DNA from: Capsulimonadaceae bacterium
GTDB lineage: Bacteria; Armatimonadota; Armatimonadia; Armatimonadales; Capsulimonadaceae
Length of the DNA: 64,000 nt
Direction of reading: 5' to 3'
NCBI GenBank assembly: GCA_965215505.1
Contig: OZ244065.1
Span: 1,568,001-1,632,000, forward strand
In this document: piece by piece, positions 49,644 to 57,840 of the stretch
Position numbering within the stretch: the stretch's first letter is position 1
Layout: every line of letters begins with the position of its first letter
Notes under the pieces: generated by a model
Databases searched by the model: none
What the model saw: the letters and a program-made list of their open reading frames with translations, nothing else
Told to the model about the DNA's origin: nothing
Made by a program: the position numbers and the translations under genes

Positions 49644-50471
49644 TTAGCCATTGTAAGGCCGCCAGGCGGTTTTGTCAAGGCTAGATTTGAGGTGTGGAAC
49701 CGCCACCGGCTTAGGCTGCACGGTCAGGGTACTGCTGTCGTCCCGCTGCATCTCACAGATGCTGCAAATCATCAGATTTGTGCGCGGCGATCTCAGCCGG
49801 GAAGCAGGTTTGCGGAATGAGTGGCCGCACTCCAGCATGAATTGAACAGCAGACCCAGATCGGTTCAGCGTTGCTACCTGCCCCGTAGATGTGATCCCAC
49901 GCCAAAGCGAATCGGCGGCGACAATGGACTGCCATTCATAGGCCAAAGCCGGCACCGGACAAGGGCCGACATAGTCCAGAAACTTTTGCACACGACCGCC
50001 CCTCAGGTAGAGCGCGTTGTTTGTCTTGAGGCGGAAGTCCAACCCATGCTGTGACAGTTTTGGCAGCAGATCGAGCAGCGCTCGCTGTTCAAAACCATAG
50101 GTGCCTAACTCGATCTGCTGAAGTCTTTTCTTCGCATCAGCCATCAGAAACCCGTCACCGAGACACTCCGTCAGCAGCAGCGAAGGCGTCACTACTAGAC
50201 CCGGCAATAATTGCTTCTTCCTATTCGGATACCATCGGGCGTAGGCTGAAGCGTAAACAGGGTCGGTTCGGGTATCCAACAACCAATACTGGTAATTACC
50301 GGAAGGAGGGAGGCCACTAATGCGGGACGTGGTAGGGAGCTAAGAGCTGACACGCTCTAGAAACGTCGGCTCTTTGCAGGTCTGCTGGTAACGGGATTAA
50401 CGGCACTGGCTGGGGATCGTCAGGTTCCCGTCGGACATCAGAATACCATTGAGCAGCTCAATCCATGACAT
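49644..50471 (-). pseudogene. free-standing double-motif LAGLIDADG homing endonuclease with two in-frame stops
   Basis: One frame from ATG 50471: ELLNGILMSDG ... WYPNRKK..P.L.VTP..L....LGDG...IELGTYGF...FLDYVGPCPVPALAY; TAA 50397-50399, TAG 50340-50342. Confidence 0.75.
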
Positions 50472-50500
50472 CTGAAGACCTAACCGTGAGAGATGACACG

Positions 50501-50530
50501 AAGGGCCAGAAGCTAATGCTTCTGGCCCTC
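50501..50530 (-). terminator. hairpin after nrdJ
   Basis: AGGGCCAGAAGC-TAAT-GCTTCTGGCCCT. Confidence 0.65.
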
Positions 50531-50542
50531 CCTTTGTTTAGC

Positions 50543-53500
50543 CTATGAACAGCCCAGGCTCGTGCCGCAGGAAATGCAGCGGTAGCAGGCGCCGTTGCGG
50601 ATCGTGATGGCCCCGCACTCGGGGCAGGGCGGGGCGTCGGACTGCATCCGGTAGATCTCGCGCTCGTGGTCGGCGATGGCCGCCGTGTTGGTGTCTGCGA
50701 GGTGGAACAGGTCGCTGGCCTTGGAGCCGCTGCTGTTGCCGTTCTTGCCATTGCCGCTCCCGTTGCTCAGGCTGCCGCTCTTGGCGTCGTGGGCGGCGGG
50801 GGGCGGCGGGGCCGGGAGCTTCGCGGGGGCGGCGGCGTAGGCCGGGTCGTCCTGGTCGGCGATCAGGCCGACGTTGTGGCGGTCCTCCTTCTGCAAGAAG
50901 CGCAGGGCGAGATACCGGAAGATGTAGTCCATGACGGACTTCGCCATGGGGATCTCTTTGTTGCCGGTGAAGCCGGACGGCTCGAAGCGGGAGTGGATGA
51001 ACTTGTCTACGAGCGTCGAGAGCGGGACCCCATACTGCAAGGCCAGCGAGATGGCGGTGGCGAAGCTGTCCATCAGGCCGGAGATGCTGGAGCCTTCCTT
51101 AGACATGCGGATGAAGATCTCGCCGGGCTGGTTGGTGTCCGGGTACAGGCCGACGGTCAGGTAGCCCTCGTGGCCGCCGATGCTGAACTTGTGGGTGAGG
51201 CCCGCGCGCTCGTCAGGCAGGCGGCGGCGGACGGCCTTCGGCGTGGCGAGGGGCGCGGCCTCCGCTGTCTGCATGGCCTTCTTCTCGGCGGGCGCTTCCT
51301 TGCTGGTGTTCAGCGGCTGGGTGCGCTTGGAGCCGTCCCGGTAGATGGCGACGGCCTTGATGCCCAGCTTCCAGGCCTCCATGTAGGTTTCGGCGATGTC
51401 GTCGGGCGTGGCGTCGTTGGGGACATTGACGGTCTTCGAGATCGCGCCCGAGATGAAGGGCTGGGCGGCGGCCATCATCTTGATGTGGCCCCGGTAATGG
51501 ATCGAGCGCGTCCCGTTCATCGGGCGGAAGGCGCAGTCGAAGATCGGCAGGTGTTCCGGGTCAAGGTCTGGGGCGCCCTCGATGGTGTCGTGTTCGTCAA
51601 TGAATTTGATGATGCCTTCCACCTGCGCCTCGTCGTAGCCGAGCCGCTGCAAGGCCTCGGGGACGGTCTGGTTGACGATCTTCATCATGCCGCCGCCGAC
51701 GAGAGACTTGTACTTGACGATGGCGATGTCCGGCTCGATGCCGGTCGTATCGCAGTCCATCAAAAATCCAATGGTCCCTGTGGGCGCGAGGACGGTGGAC
51801 TGCGCGTTGCGGTAGCCCGAGGCCTCGCCCTCCTCCAGTGCCTCGTCCCAGGCGGTGCGGGCGGCATCGAGCAGGGTGTCGGGGATCAGGGCGGCGTTGA
51901 TCTGGTCCACATGGTCGCGGTGCTTGTGCATGACGCGCAGCATCGGCTCGCGGTTCTCGGCGAAGCCGGCGAACGGCCCGCCGCAGTCGCGGGCGACGAG
52001 GGCGGACTGGTGGTAGGCCCGGCCCGTCATCAGTGCGGTGACGGCCCCGGCGTAGGCGCGGCCCGCGTCGCTGTCGTAGGGCAGGCCCGCCGCCATGAGC
52101 AGCGCGCCGAGGTTGGCGTAGCCCAGGCCCAGGGGCCGGAACTCGTGCGAGCGCCGCTCGATCTTGTCCGTCGGGTAGGAGGCGAACCCGACGACGATCT
52201 CCTGGGCCGTGATCATGATCCTGACTGCGTGGTCGAACGAGTCGGTGTCGAAGGCCGCCGTGCCCTCCTGCCGGAACTTCATGAGATTAAGCGACGATAA
52301 ATTACAGGCAGTGCTATTAAGGAAGAAAAACTCCGAACATGGATTAGATGCGTGGATGCGATCCGTGTTCGCGCAGGTGTGCCAGTCGTTTGCGGTGGTG
52401 TCGTACTGCATGCCGGGATCGCCGCAGACCCAGGTGCCTTCGGCGATGCTGTGCAGCAGGTCCTTCGCGCGGAAGGTTTCGGCGGTCTTGCCGGACATGC
52501 GGAACTTGGTGTCCCAGGTGGCATCGGCCTCGACCGCCTGCATGAACTCGTCGGTAACGCGGACGCTGTGGTTGGCGTTCTGGAAGGGGACGGTGTCGTA
52601 GGCACCGCCCGCGACATTGAACGCGCCCGAGTAGCCGGCGTCAATGAGGGCGTGGGCCTTCAGCTCGGCGTCCTTTTTGCAGTCGATGAACTCTTTGACG
52701 TCCGGATGGTCAATGTTCAGGACGCGCATGCAGGCCGCGCGGCGGGTGCTGCCGCCGCTCTTGATGCTGCCCGCCGAGGCGTCCAGGCCCTTCATGAAGG
52801 AGATCGGCCCGCTGGACCGGCCCCCGGCCTCCAGCGGCTCCTTGGAGGAGCGGAGGGTGGACAAGTTTAGGCCCGACCCGGAGCCGTCTTTGAAGAGCAT
52901 GCCCTCGGTCTTGTAGAGGTCTAAAATGCTCTCCATTGTGTCATCAACTTCATTTATATAGCAGGCACTCACAGCTTGACGTCTGCTTGCCCACCCCAGG
53001 TTGAACCAGACGGGGCTGTTGAAGGCGGCGTACTGGTGCAGGAGGATGAAGCGCAGCTCGTCGTGGAAGGCCTCGGCGTCGGCCTCGGTGGCGAAGTAGC
53101 TGCCCTGCTTGCCCCACTCCAGGATGCGGTCTGCGACGCGGCCGATGAGCTGCTTGACGCTGTACTCGCGCTCCAGGGTGCCGATCTGGCCCCGGAAGTA
53201 CTTGGAGACGACGACATTGGTGGCGAGCTGCGACCACTCCTTGGGGATTTCGACGCCGTTCTGCTCGAAGACGACGGCGCCGTCGCTGCCGACGATGCTG
53301 GCGTTGCGGAGTTCCCACTGGACGCTGGCCCACACGTCCTGGCCGGCCTGGGTGTAGCGGCGCGGGATGGAGAGGCCGGGGGAGTTCGTTTTGGCAGTTT
53401 TTGCGGTGCCGTTCTTCGGCGCGGCGGGTGCCTTGGGGGCCGTCTTGGCGGCGGGGGCGGGCGAAACGGGGGGCATGGGTTCTTGTTCTGTTTCTAATCT

Positions 53501-54100
53501 CTGTTCGACTTCGGGCGCGGCCACGGGGTCCGCGAATGCTTCCAGGTCGGGGCCGGCGACGGCCTCGATGACAGGCTCGGCAATGGGTTCAGCAGCAGCC
53601 TCTACGATGACGGGTTCAGCCTCGGCTTCCATGACAGGCTGGTCCGCTCCTACGGTCATAGGCTCGACGGCCACCATGAGAGGGGCCTCTTCCTCGTACA
53701 CTTCTTCTGCCGGGGCTTCCTCGTCGGTACGGAGGTTGAAATCCTCCCGTGCGGCGCGCAGGGGGCTGGCGAGCGGGGCCGGCTCGTCGGCCAGCATCCG
53801 GGCCATCACGGTGTCTTCAAACGGGTCGTCCTCGGCGAACGGGTCGGAGGCGTCGTCCAGTTGGGCGATCTGGGACGGGGCGGGGAAGTTGCCGACGGGG
53901 ACATCGGCGGGGTGGCGGGCGTCCAGGTCCACCTCATCGCCGCCGAAGAGGGCACCGCCGATGTCGGCGGGTGCGGCCTGTGCCGCCGGGGCCGGCGCGG
54001 CGGCCTTGCGCGCGGCGCGCGGCGGGGCCGGCTCCTCATCACCCATCAGGTCCAGGGTCGTCCCGGACGTACTCTTTTTCCCGTTGCTTCGCTCTGCCAT
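50543..54100 (-). CDS. nrdJ: class II adenosylcobalamin-dependent ribonucleotide reductase
   Basis: FNSPVWFN, SACY, NPCSE, ACNL, APTGT, GAISKT, YRDG, TSCPD-like domain, terminal CxxC..CxxC..GCS; AGGAG RBS before ATG 54100. Confidence 0.96.
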   Translation of the reverse strand: MAERSNGKKSTSGTTLDLMGDEEPAPPRAARKAAAPAPAAQAAPADIGGALFGGDEVDLDARHPADVPVGNFPAPSQIAQLDDASDPFAEDDPFEDTVMARMLADEPAPLASPLRAAREDFNLRTDEEAPAEEVYEEEAPLMVAVEPMTVGADQPVMEAEAEPVIVEAAAEPIAEPVIEAVAGPDLEAFADPVAAPEVEQRLETEQEPMPPVSPAPAAKTAPKAPAAPKNGTAKTAKTNSPGLSIPRRYTQAGQDVWASVQWELRNASIVGSDGAVVFEQNGVEIPKEWSQLATNVVVSKYFRGQIGTLEREYSVKQLIGRVADRILEWGKQGSYFATEADAEAFHDELRFILLHQYAAFNSPVWFNLGWASRRQAVSACYINEVDDTMESILDLYKTEGMLFKDGSGSGLNLSTLRSSKEPLEAGGRSSGPISFMKGLDASAGSIKSGGSTRRAACMRVLNIDHPDVKEFIDCKKDAELKAHALIDAGYSGAFNVAGGAYDTVPFQNANHSVRVTDEFMQAVEADATWDTKFRMSGKTAETFRAKDLLHSIAEGTWVCGDPGMQYDTTANDWHTCANTDRIHASNPCSEFFFLNSTACNLSSLNLMKFRQEGTAAFDTDSFDHAVRIMITAQEIVVGFASYPTDKIERRSHEFRPLGLGYANLGALLMAAGLPYDSDAGRAYAGAVTALMTGRAYHQSALVARDCGGPFAGFAENREPMLRVMHKHRDHVDQINAALIPDTLLDAARTAWDEALEEGEASGYRNAQSTVLAPTGTIGFLMDCDTTGIEPDIAIVKYKSLVGGGMMKIVNQTVPEALQRLGYDEAQVEGIIKFIDEHDTIEGAPDLDPEHLPIFDCAFRPMNGTRSIHYRGHIKMMAAAQPFISGAISKTVNVPNDATPDDIAETYMEAWKLGIKAVAIYRDGSKRTQPLNTSKEAPAEKKAMQTAEAAPLATPKAVRRRLPDERAGLTHKFSIGGHEGYLTVGLYPDTNQPGEIFIRMSKEGSSISGLMDSFATAISLALQYGVPLSTLVDKFIHSRFEPSGFTGNKEIPMAKSVMDYIFRYLALRFLQKEDRHNVGLIADQDDPAYAAAPAKLPAPPPPAAHDAKSGSLSNGSGNGKNGNSSGSKASDLFHLADTNTAAIADHEREIYRMQSDAPPCPECGAITIRNGACYRCISCGTSLGCS

Positions 54101-54237
54101 ACTGTCTCCTTCTAATTTTTCTGTCCTTGCTGTACCGTTGCATCTTCCGCTGAAGCATTTGTGGTACGTCATGCCGCATAGACACGCACGACGCCCAGAA
54201 TACCTTAACCGAAAATGTCTCGGCGAACAGGAAAAGA

Positions 54238-54435
54238 CTATCGCTTTTTGTTGCCAGTTTCCACTGTAGCCTGTGAGTTGCTTATTTCCACTCTCTTCCC
54301 ATCTGGTGTCGGCTTCGGCAGATTGGGCGGATGAGGCGGCACCCAATTTCTGCCTGCATCTGCATCAGTCATGCTGTAAAATTCGCCGTTCAAGGTTTCA
54401 TCTGCTACAATGGCGGCTTCATCCTTAGATGCCAT
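54238..54435 (-). CDS. small peptide 4 (65 aa, ADAGRNWVPPHPP motif)
   Basis: AAGGAAG RBS; shared motif with the three upstream peptides. Confidence 0.75.
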   Translation of the reverse strand: MASKDEAAIVADETLNGEFYSMTDADAGRNWVPPHPPNLPKPTPDGKRVEISNSQATVETGNKKR

Positions 54436-54442
54436 GAGGCTT

Positions 54443-54601
54443 TCACTTCCTTTTATCCTTGCCATCTTCCGGTGACTTCACTGTGGACGGTTTAGGTGGC
54501 GATGGTGGGGTCCATGCTCGACCAGGATCGCCTTGTGTGTCATCGTGTTCACCTGGCGGAACGTCGTTTGTTAGGATAATGCTCTCGGTATCATCAGGCA
54601 T
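54443..54601 (-). CDS. small peptide 3 (52 aa, GDPGRAWTPPSPP motif)
   Basis: Hand translation MPDDTESIILTNDVPPGEHDDTQGDPGRAWTPPSPPKPSTVKSPEDGKDKRK; absent from the ORF track. Confidence 0.75.
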   Translation of the reverse strand: MPDDTESIILTNDVPPGEHDDTQGDPGRAWTPPSPPKPSTVKSPEDGKDKRK

Positions 54602-54607
54602 GATATA

Positions 54608-54787
54608 CTACTTTCGGCCGCCGCCGTGGTCTTTAGATGGCGGCGGGGGAATAGGTTTCTGAGGTGCTGGAGGTGCATTCCAGTTCCGGCCTGGATCTCC
54701 TGAGTATCTATCCAATACTGGATCAGGCTGAGGCTGTGGCATCGGCAAGTTGCGCGGTTCTGGAATGTCATTGCTCACGCTGGTCAT
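54608..54787 (-). CDS. small peptide 2 (59 aa, GDPGRNWNAPPAP motif)
   Basis: ATGA overlap with peptide 1; MTSVSNDIPEPRNLPMPQPQPDPVLDRYSGDPGRNWNAPPAPQKPIPPPPSKDHGGGRK; absent from the ORF track. Confidence 0.75.
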   Translation of the reverse strand: MTSVSNDIPEPRNLPMPQPQPDPVLDRYSGDPGRNWNAPPAPQKPIPPPPSKDHGGGRK

Positions 54788-54984
54788 GATTTACTATCTG
54801 GTGTGCTGTTGCTACCACCGCTGTTTGTGCTTCCACTTGACTGAGAGGCAGTCGTGTCTGCTTGGGGGGCAGATGGCGTGGGTTTGGAAGGAGCTTTCCA
54901 GCCCCGGCCCGGATCACCTTTGATGGAATCACGCTTATCCGGGCTAACCATCTTTTCCATCGTCATGTTTTTGTCTGATGCCAT
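54784..54984 (-). CDS. small peptide 1 (66 aa, GDPGRGWKAPSKP motif)
   Basis: AGGAG RBS overlapping the upstream stop; shared motif. Confidence 0.8.
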   Translation of the reverse strand: MASDKNMTMEKMVSPDKRDSIKGDPGRGWKAPSKPTPSAPQADTTASQSSGSTNSGGSNSTPDSKS

Positions 54985-54996
54985 TCGTGTTTGCTC

Positions 54997-55743
54997 CTAT
55001 CGTATGTTCATAACCGCGAAGGTGACGATTAATCCCAAGCCAACGATGAATGCTATGGTTGCCGTGAGGTTGAGGGCTTCTGTCAATTTACGGAATGTTT
55101 CCCGCTTTCTAGTGTAGCACTCCGACTTCTTAGTAAAATTTTCTTGTTCACCGTCATCTTTGGACAAAGAACTGTCTTTGTTCGATCTCGCGGCTTCTAC
55201 TGAGTAGGATAAGCTCTTCCGGGAAGCGAAGTATGATACGAGGACGAACACAACTGTCAGGCCTAATGAACCCCAACCTCCACGAAGATACCATAAGTCT
55301 TTAAGTGAGTGCTTGTTGCTGAGAAGCGTACCGATGAACGTCGCGGATAATGCCAAGATGCCACTACTTATGGTCAACAGCAAATTGTCAGCTTTTTCGT
55401 AACTAGCTGCAATCAGTTTCTCTTGCTGTTCCTCATACTTGTCGAAGGAGGCGGATGTGTTCTCCCTAAACTTTTCCCACTCCTTCTCTGCACTATCTTC
55501 TACGCTTCCGGAGGTTGCAGAAGGCGTGATAATTATGGAGGGGACAGTTATACTTATTGTCGCACTGCCAAATGAGAACTGCACATCGCTTGGAAGCCCG
55601 GCAGGGGCAACTTGTGCAGTTGGTGCCGCAAGACCTGAATGTACCTTTCCTTGTGTCGCCTCTACTTTTCGAGGTACAACATTCTGCGGATGATGATTGG
55701 CCGCGCCTGACTCCACCTTTTCACTCTGAAGATCAGTTTTCAA
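54997..55743 (-). CDS. three-TM membrane protein of unknown function
   Basis: DNLLLTISSGILALSATF plus two more hydrophobic helices; low GC. Confidence 0.75.
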   Translation of the reverse strand: MKTDLQSEKVESGAANHHPQNVVPRKVEATQGKVHSGLAAPTAQVAPAGLPSDVQFSFGSATISITVPSIIITPSATSGSVEDSAEKEWEKFRENTSASFDKYEEQQEKLIAASYEKADNLLLTISSGILALSATFIGTLLSNKHSLKDLWYLRGGWGSLGLTVVFVLVSYFASRKSLSYSVEAARSNKDSSLSKDDGEQENFTKKSECYTRKRETFRKLTEALNLTATIAFIVGLGLIVTFAVMNIR

Positions 55744-55771
55744 TCTACTGCCCTCTGTCAGACAAACCCGG

Positions 55772-56260
55772 TCACTCTTTTCGCAGGCGACCGCCCTGCT
55801 TCTTCAGCAGGTTCACGATGTCGCGGAACTGGGTGGCGTCCTCGAACTGGCGGTACACGGACGCGAAGCGCACATAGGCGACCTGGTCGATGCGGCGCAG
55901 GTTCTCCATGACCATCTCGCCGATCTCGGACGACGGGACCTCTTTGTCCAAGCGGTTGGTCAGGGTCCGCTCGATGTCGTCGGAGATGGTCTGCAAAGTT
56001 TCCTCGGAGATCGGGCGCTTCTGGCAGGCCACGCGCAGGGAGCGCAGCAGCTTGTTCCGGTCGAACGGCTCGCGGCGCTGGTGGCCGTCGCGGTCGGGCT
56101 TCTTGACGACGGTGAGCTGCATCTCCTCGATGGTTTCAAACGTGGTGAAGCGCCGCTCGCAGTGCTTGCACTCGCGTCGCCTCTTGATGGCCTCGCCGTC
56201 GCGCATCGGGCGCGAGTCCAGCACGGCGTCGTTGTCATGGCCGCAGTACGGGCACTTCAC
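55772..56260 (-). CDS. nrdR: transcriptional repressor NrdR
   Basis: MKCPYC..VLDSR..IKRRREC..C..RFTTFE, ATP cone, DQVAYVRFASVY. Confidence 0.98.
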   Translation of the reverse strand: MKCPYCGHDNDAVLDSRPMRDGEAIKRRRECKHCERRFTTFETIEEMQLTVVKKPDRDGHQRREPFDRNKLLRSLRVACQKRPISEETLQTISDDIERTLTNRLDKEVPSSEIGEMVMENLRRIDQVAYVRFASVYRQFEDATQFRDIVNLLKKQGGRLRKE

Positions 56261-56340
56261 GAAGATGTTATCCTATGCACCCCATCTTATCCCATGCACC
56301 CCACCGGAGCGAAATCCTCCGCGCTGCCTCTCGTCGGTCT

Positions 56341-56393
56341 TTCCTACATATTGTGTAGGTTTTTAGTATATCACACTAAATATGGCCTGTCAA
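56341..56393 (-). promoter_or_regulatory. nrdR promoter with tandem NrdR boxes
   Basis: TTGACA-N17-TATACT; boxes TTCCTACATATTGTGT (56341) and ACACTAAATATGGCC (56373), 32 bp apart. Confidence 0.85.
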
Positions 56394-56487
56394 GGGTTGC
56401 GCGATTCTTTTTCTTCGGTACGCCGTCCTTCAGTTAGCGGGCTGATTAGCCATAATCCTCTATAAGACTTAACAGCAGCGAGGCGGC

Positions 56488-56694
56488 ATGATGACTCCTA
56501 ATCCCATCGGCATTCTGAACGGGCAGGGCGGCGAGATCCTCATCGAGATCATCCAGGACCAGGGGGGCGTCAAAGCCTTCCCTAAGGACGGCAATAAATC
56601 GATGCTGGAGACTTTGGAACGGCTTGCGGAGGACGGCTACCTGGAGATGCTCAGGGAGACGCCGGACACGATCATCTACACGCTCGCCGTCTGA
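56488..56694 (+). CDS. small hypothetical protein
   Basis: GAGG RBS, host-like codons. Confidence 0.6.
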   Translation: MMTPNPIGILNGQGGEILIEIIQDQGGVKAFPKDGNKSMLETLERLAEDGYLEMLRETPDTIIYTLAV

Positions 56695-56824
56695 GATCCT
56701 GTGAGCGCCTAAATCCTTTGAGCGGAGGGAGGCCCCGCGCGGCCCCGAAATCGGGTACAACAACGGCATTAAGAACGGCTAAGAGTCCCGTCATGGCTGA
56801 CGGGCGGAGCCGGAGGGGAATGCC

Positions 56825-57835
56825 ATGCATGTACTGTTTATCGGCGGGACCGGGCTGATCTCGACGGCCATCGCTCGCCAGCTTTTGGAGGCGGGGCACC
56901 AGGTCACGCTGTTCAACCGGGGCAAGTCCGAGAGCCGCCTGCCGGGCGGCGCGTCGGAAATACGCGGCGACCGCAAGGACTATGCGGCCTTCGAGCAGGG
57001 ATTCGGGGATAAGACCTATGACGTCGTCGTGGACATGGTGGCCTTCCATCCCGATGATACGGCTTCGGCCATCCGGGCGTTTACGGGCCGGTGTGGTCAG
57101 TTCATTCACTGCTCCACCGTCTGCGTCTACTCCGGCCCCGTCACCCAAATCCCGACAACCGAAACTGAGCCGTACCATAGCATCGGCGGTTACGGCAAGA
57201 ACAAGGCGGCCTGCGAGGAGCTGCTGTTTCGTGCTTTCGCAGACGGTCAGTTCCCTGCGACGGTCATGCGGCCCTCGCACTCCTACGGCGAGGGCGGCGG
57301 CATCATACGCTCGGTCGGGCCGGGCGACACGTTCCCCGACCGGCTCCGCAAGGGCAAGCCGGTCATCGTGCAGGGTGACGGCAACTCGCTCTGGGCCTCC
57401 TGCCATGTGGACGATGTGGCGCGCGGGTTCATCGCCGTCATGGGCAACGCCAAGTGCCTGGGGCAAGCCTACAACATCACCGGCGACGAGTGGTTTACCT
57501 GGAACACCTATCACGAGCAGGTGGCAGAGGTCTGCGGCGGCACCTTCAAGCCGGTTTACATCCCTACCGAAACCTTGCGCGAAGTCGCGCCCGGCATGGC
57601 GGGCGGGACCTATGAGATCTTCGAGTGGCCCTCCGTCTTCGACAACGCCAAGCTGAAGCGGGACACGGATTACGCGGGCCAGACGATCAACTTCAGGGAA
57701 GGCACGCGCCGGACCCTGGCCTGGCTGGAGTCGAACGGCAAGCTGAAGGACAGCGACGCGGACGACTACGAGGACCGGCTCGCTGCGGCCTGGGCGGCGA
57801 AGACGGCGGAACTGCCGAAGCAGTCGGGAAGCTGA
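56825..57835 (+). CDS. NAD-dependent epimerase/dehydratase family protein
   Basis: IGGTGLIS, FNRG, YGKNK, RPSHSYG. Confidence 0.9.
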   Translation: MHVLFIGGTGLISTAIARQLLEAGHQVTLFNRGKSESRLPGGASEIRGDRKDYAAFEQGFGDKTYDVVVDMVAFHPDDTASAIRAFTGRCGQFIHCSTVCVYSGPVTQIPTTETEPYHSIGGYGKNKAACEELLFRAFADGQFPATVMRPSHSYGEGGGIIRSVGPGDTFPDRLRKGKPVIVQGDGNSLWASCHVDDVARGFIAVMGNAKCLGQAYNITGDEWFTWNTYHEQVAEVCGGTFKPVYIPTETLREVAPGMAGGTYEIFEWPSVFDNAKLKRDTDYAGQTINFREGTRRTLAWLESNGKLKDSDADDYEDRLAAAWAAKTAELPKQSGS

Positions 57836-57840
57836 CCCCC

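Noticed and set aside
50543-54100. Intein or intron in nrdJ
   Set aside because: The motifs run continuously through the AT-rich patches with no inserted sequence or splicing motifs.
54101-54346. Upstream extension of the nrdJ ORF
   Set aside because: It overlaps peptide 4, is low GC, and a clear AGGAG RBS precedes ATG 54100.
54238-54984. Definite RiPP biosynthetic cluster
   Set aside because: No radical SAM, P450, YcaO, peptidase or exporter gene is adjacent; kept only as one hypothesis.
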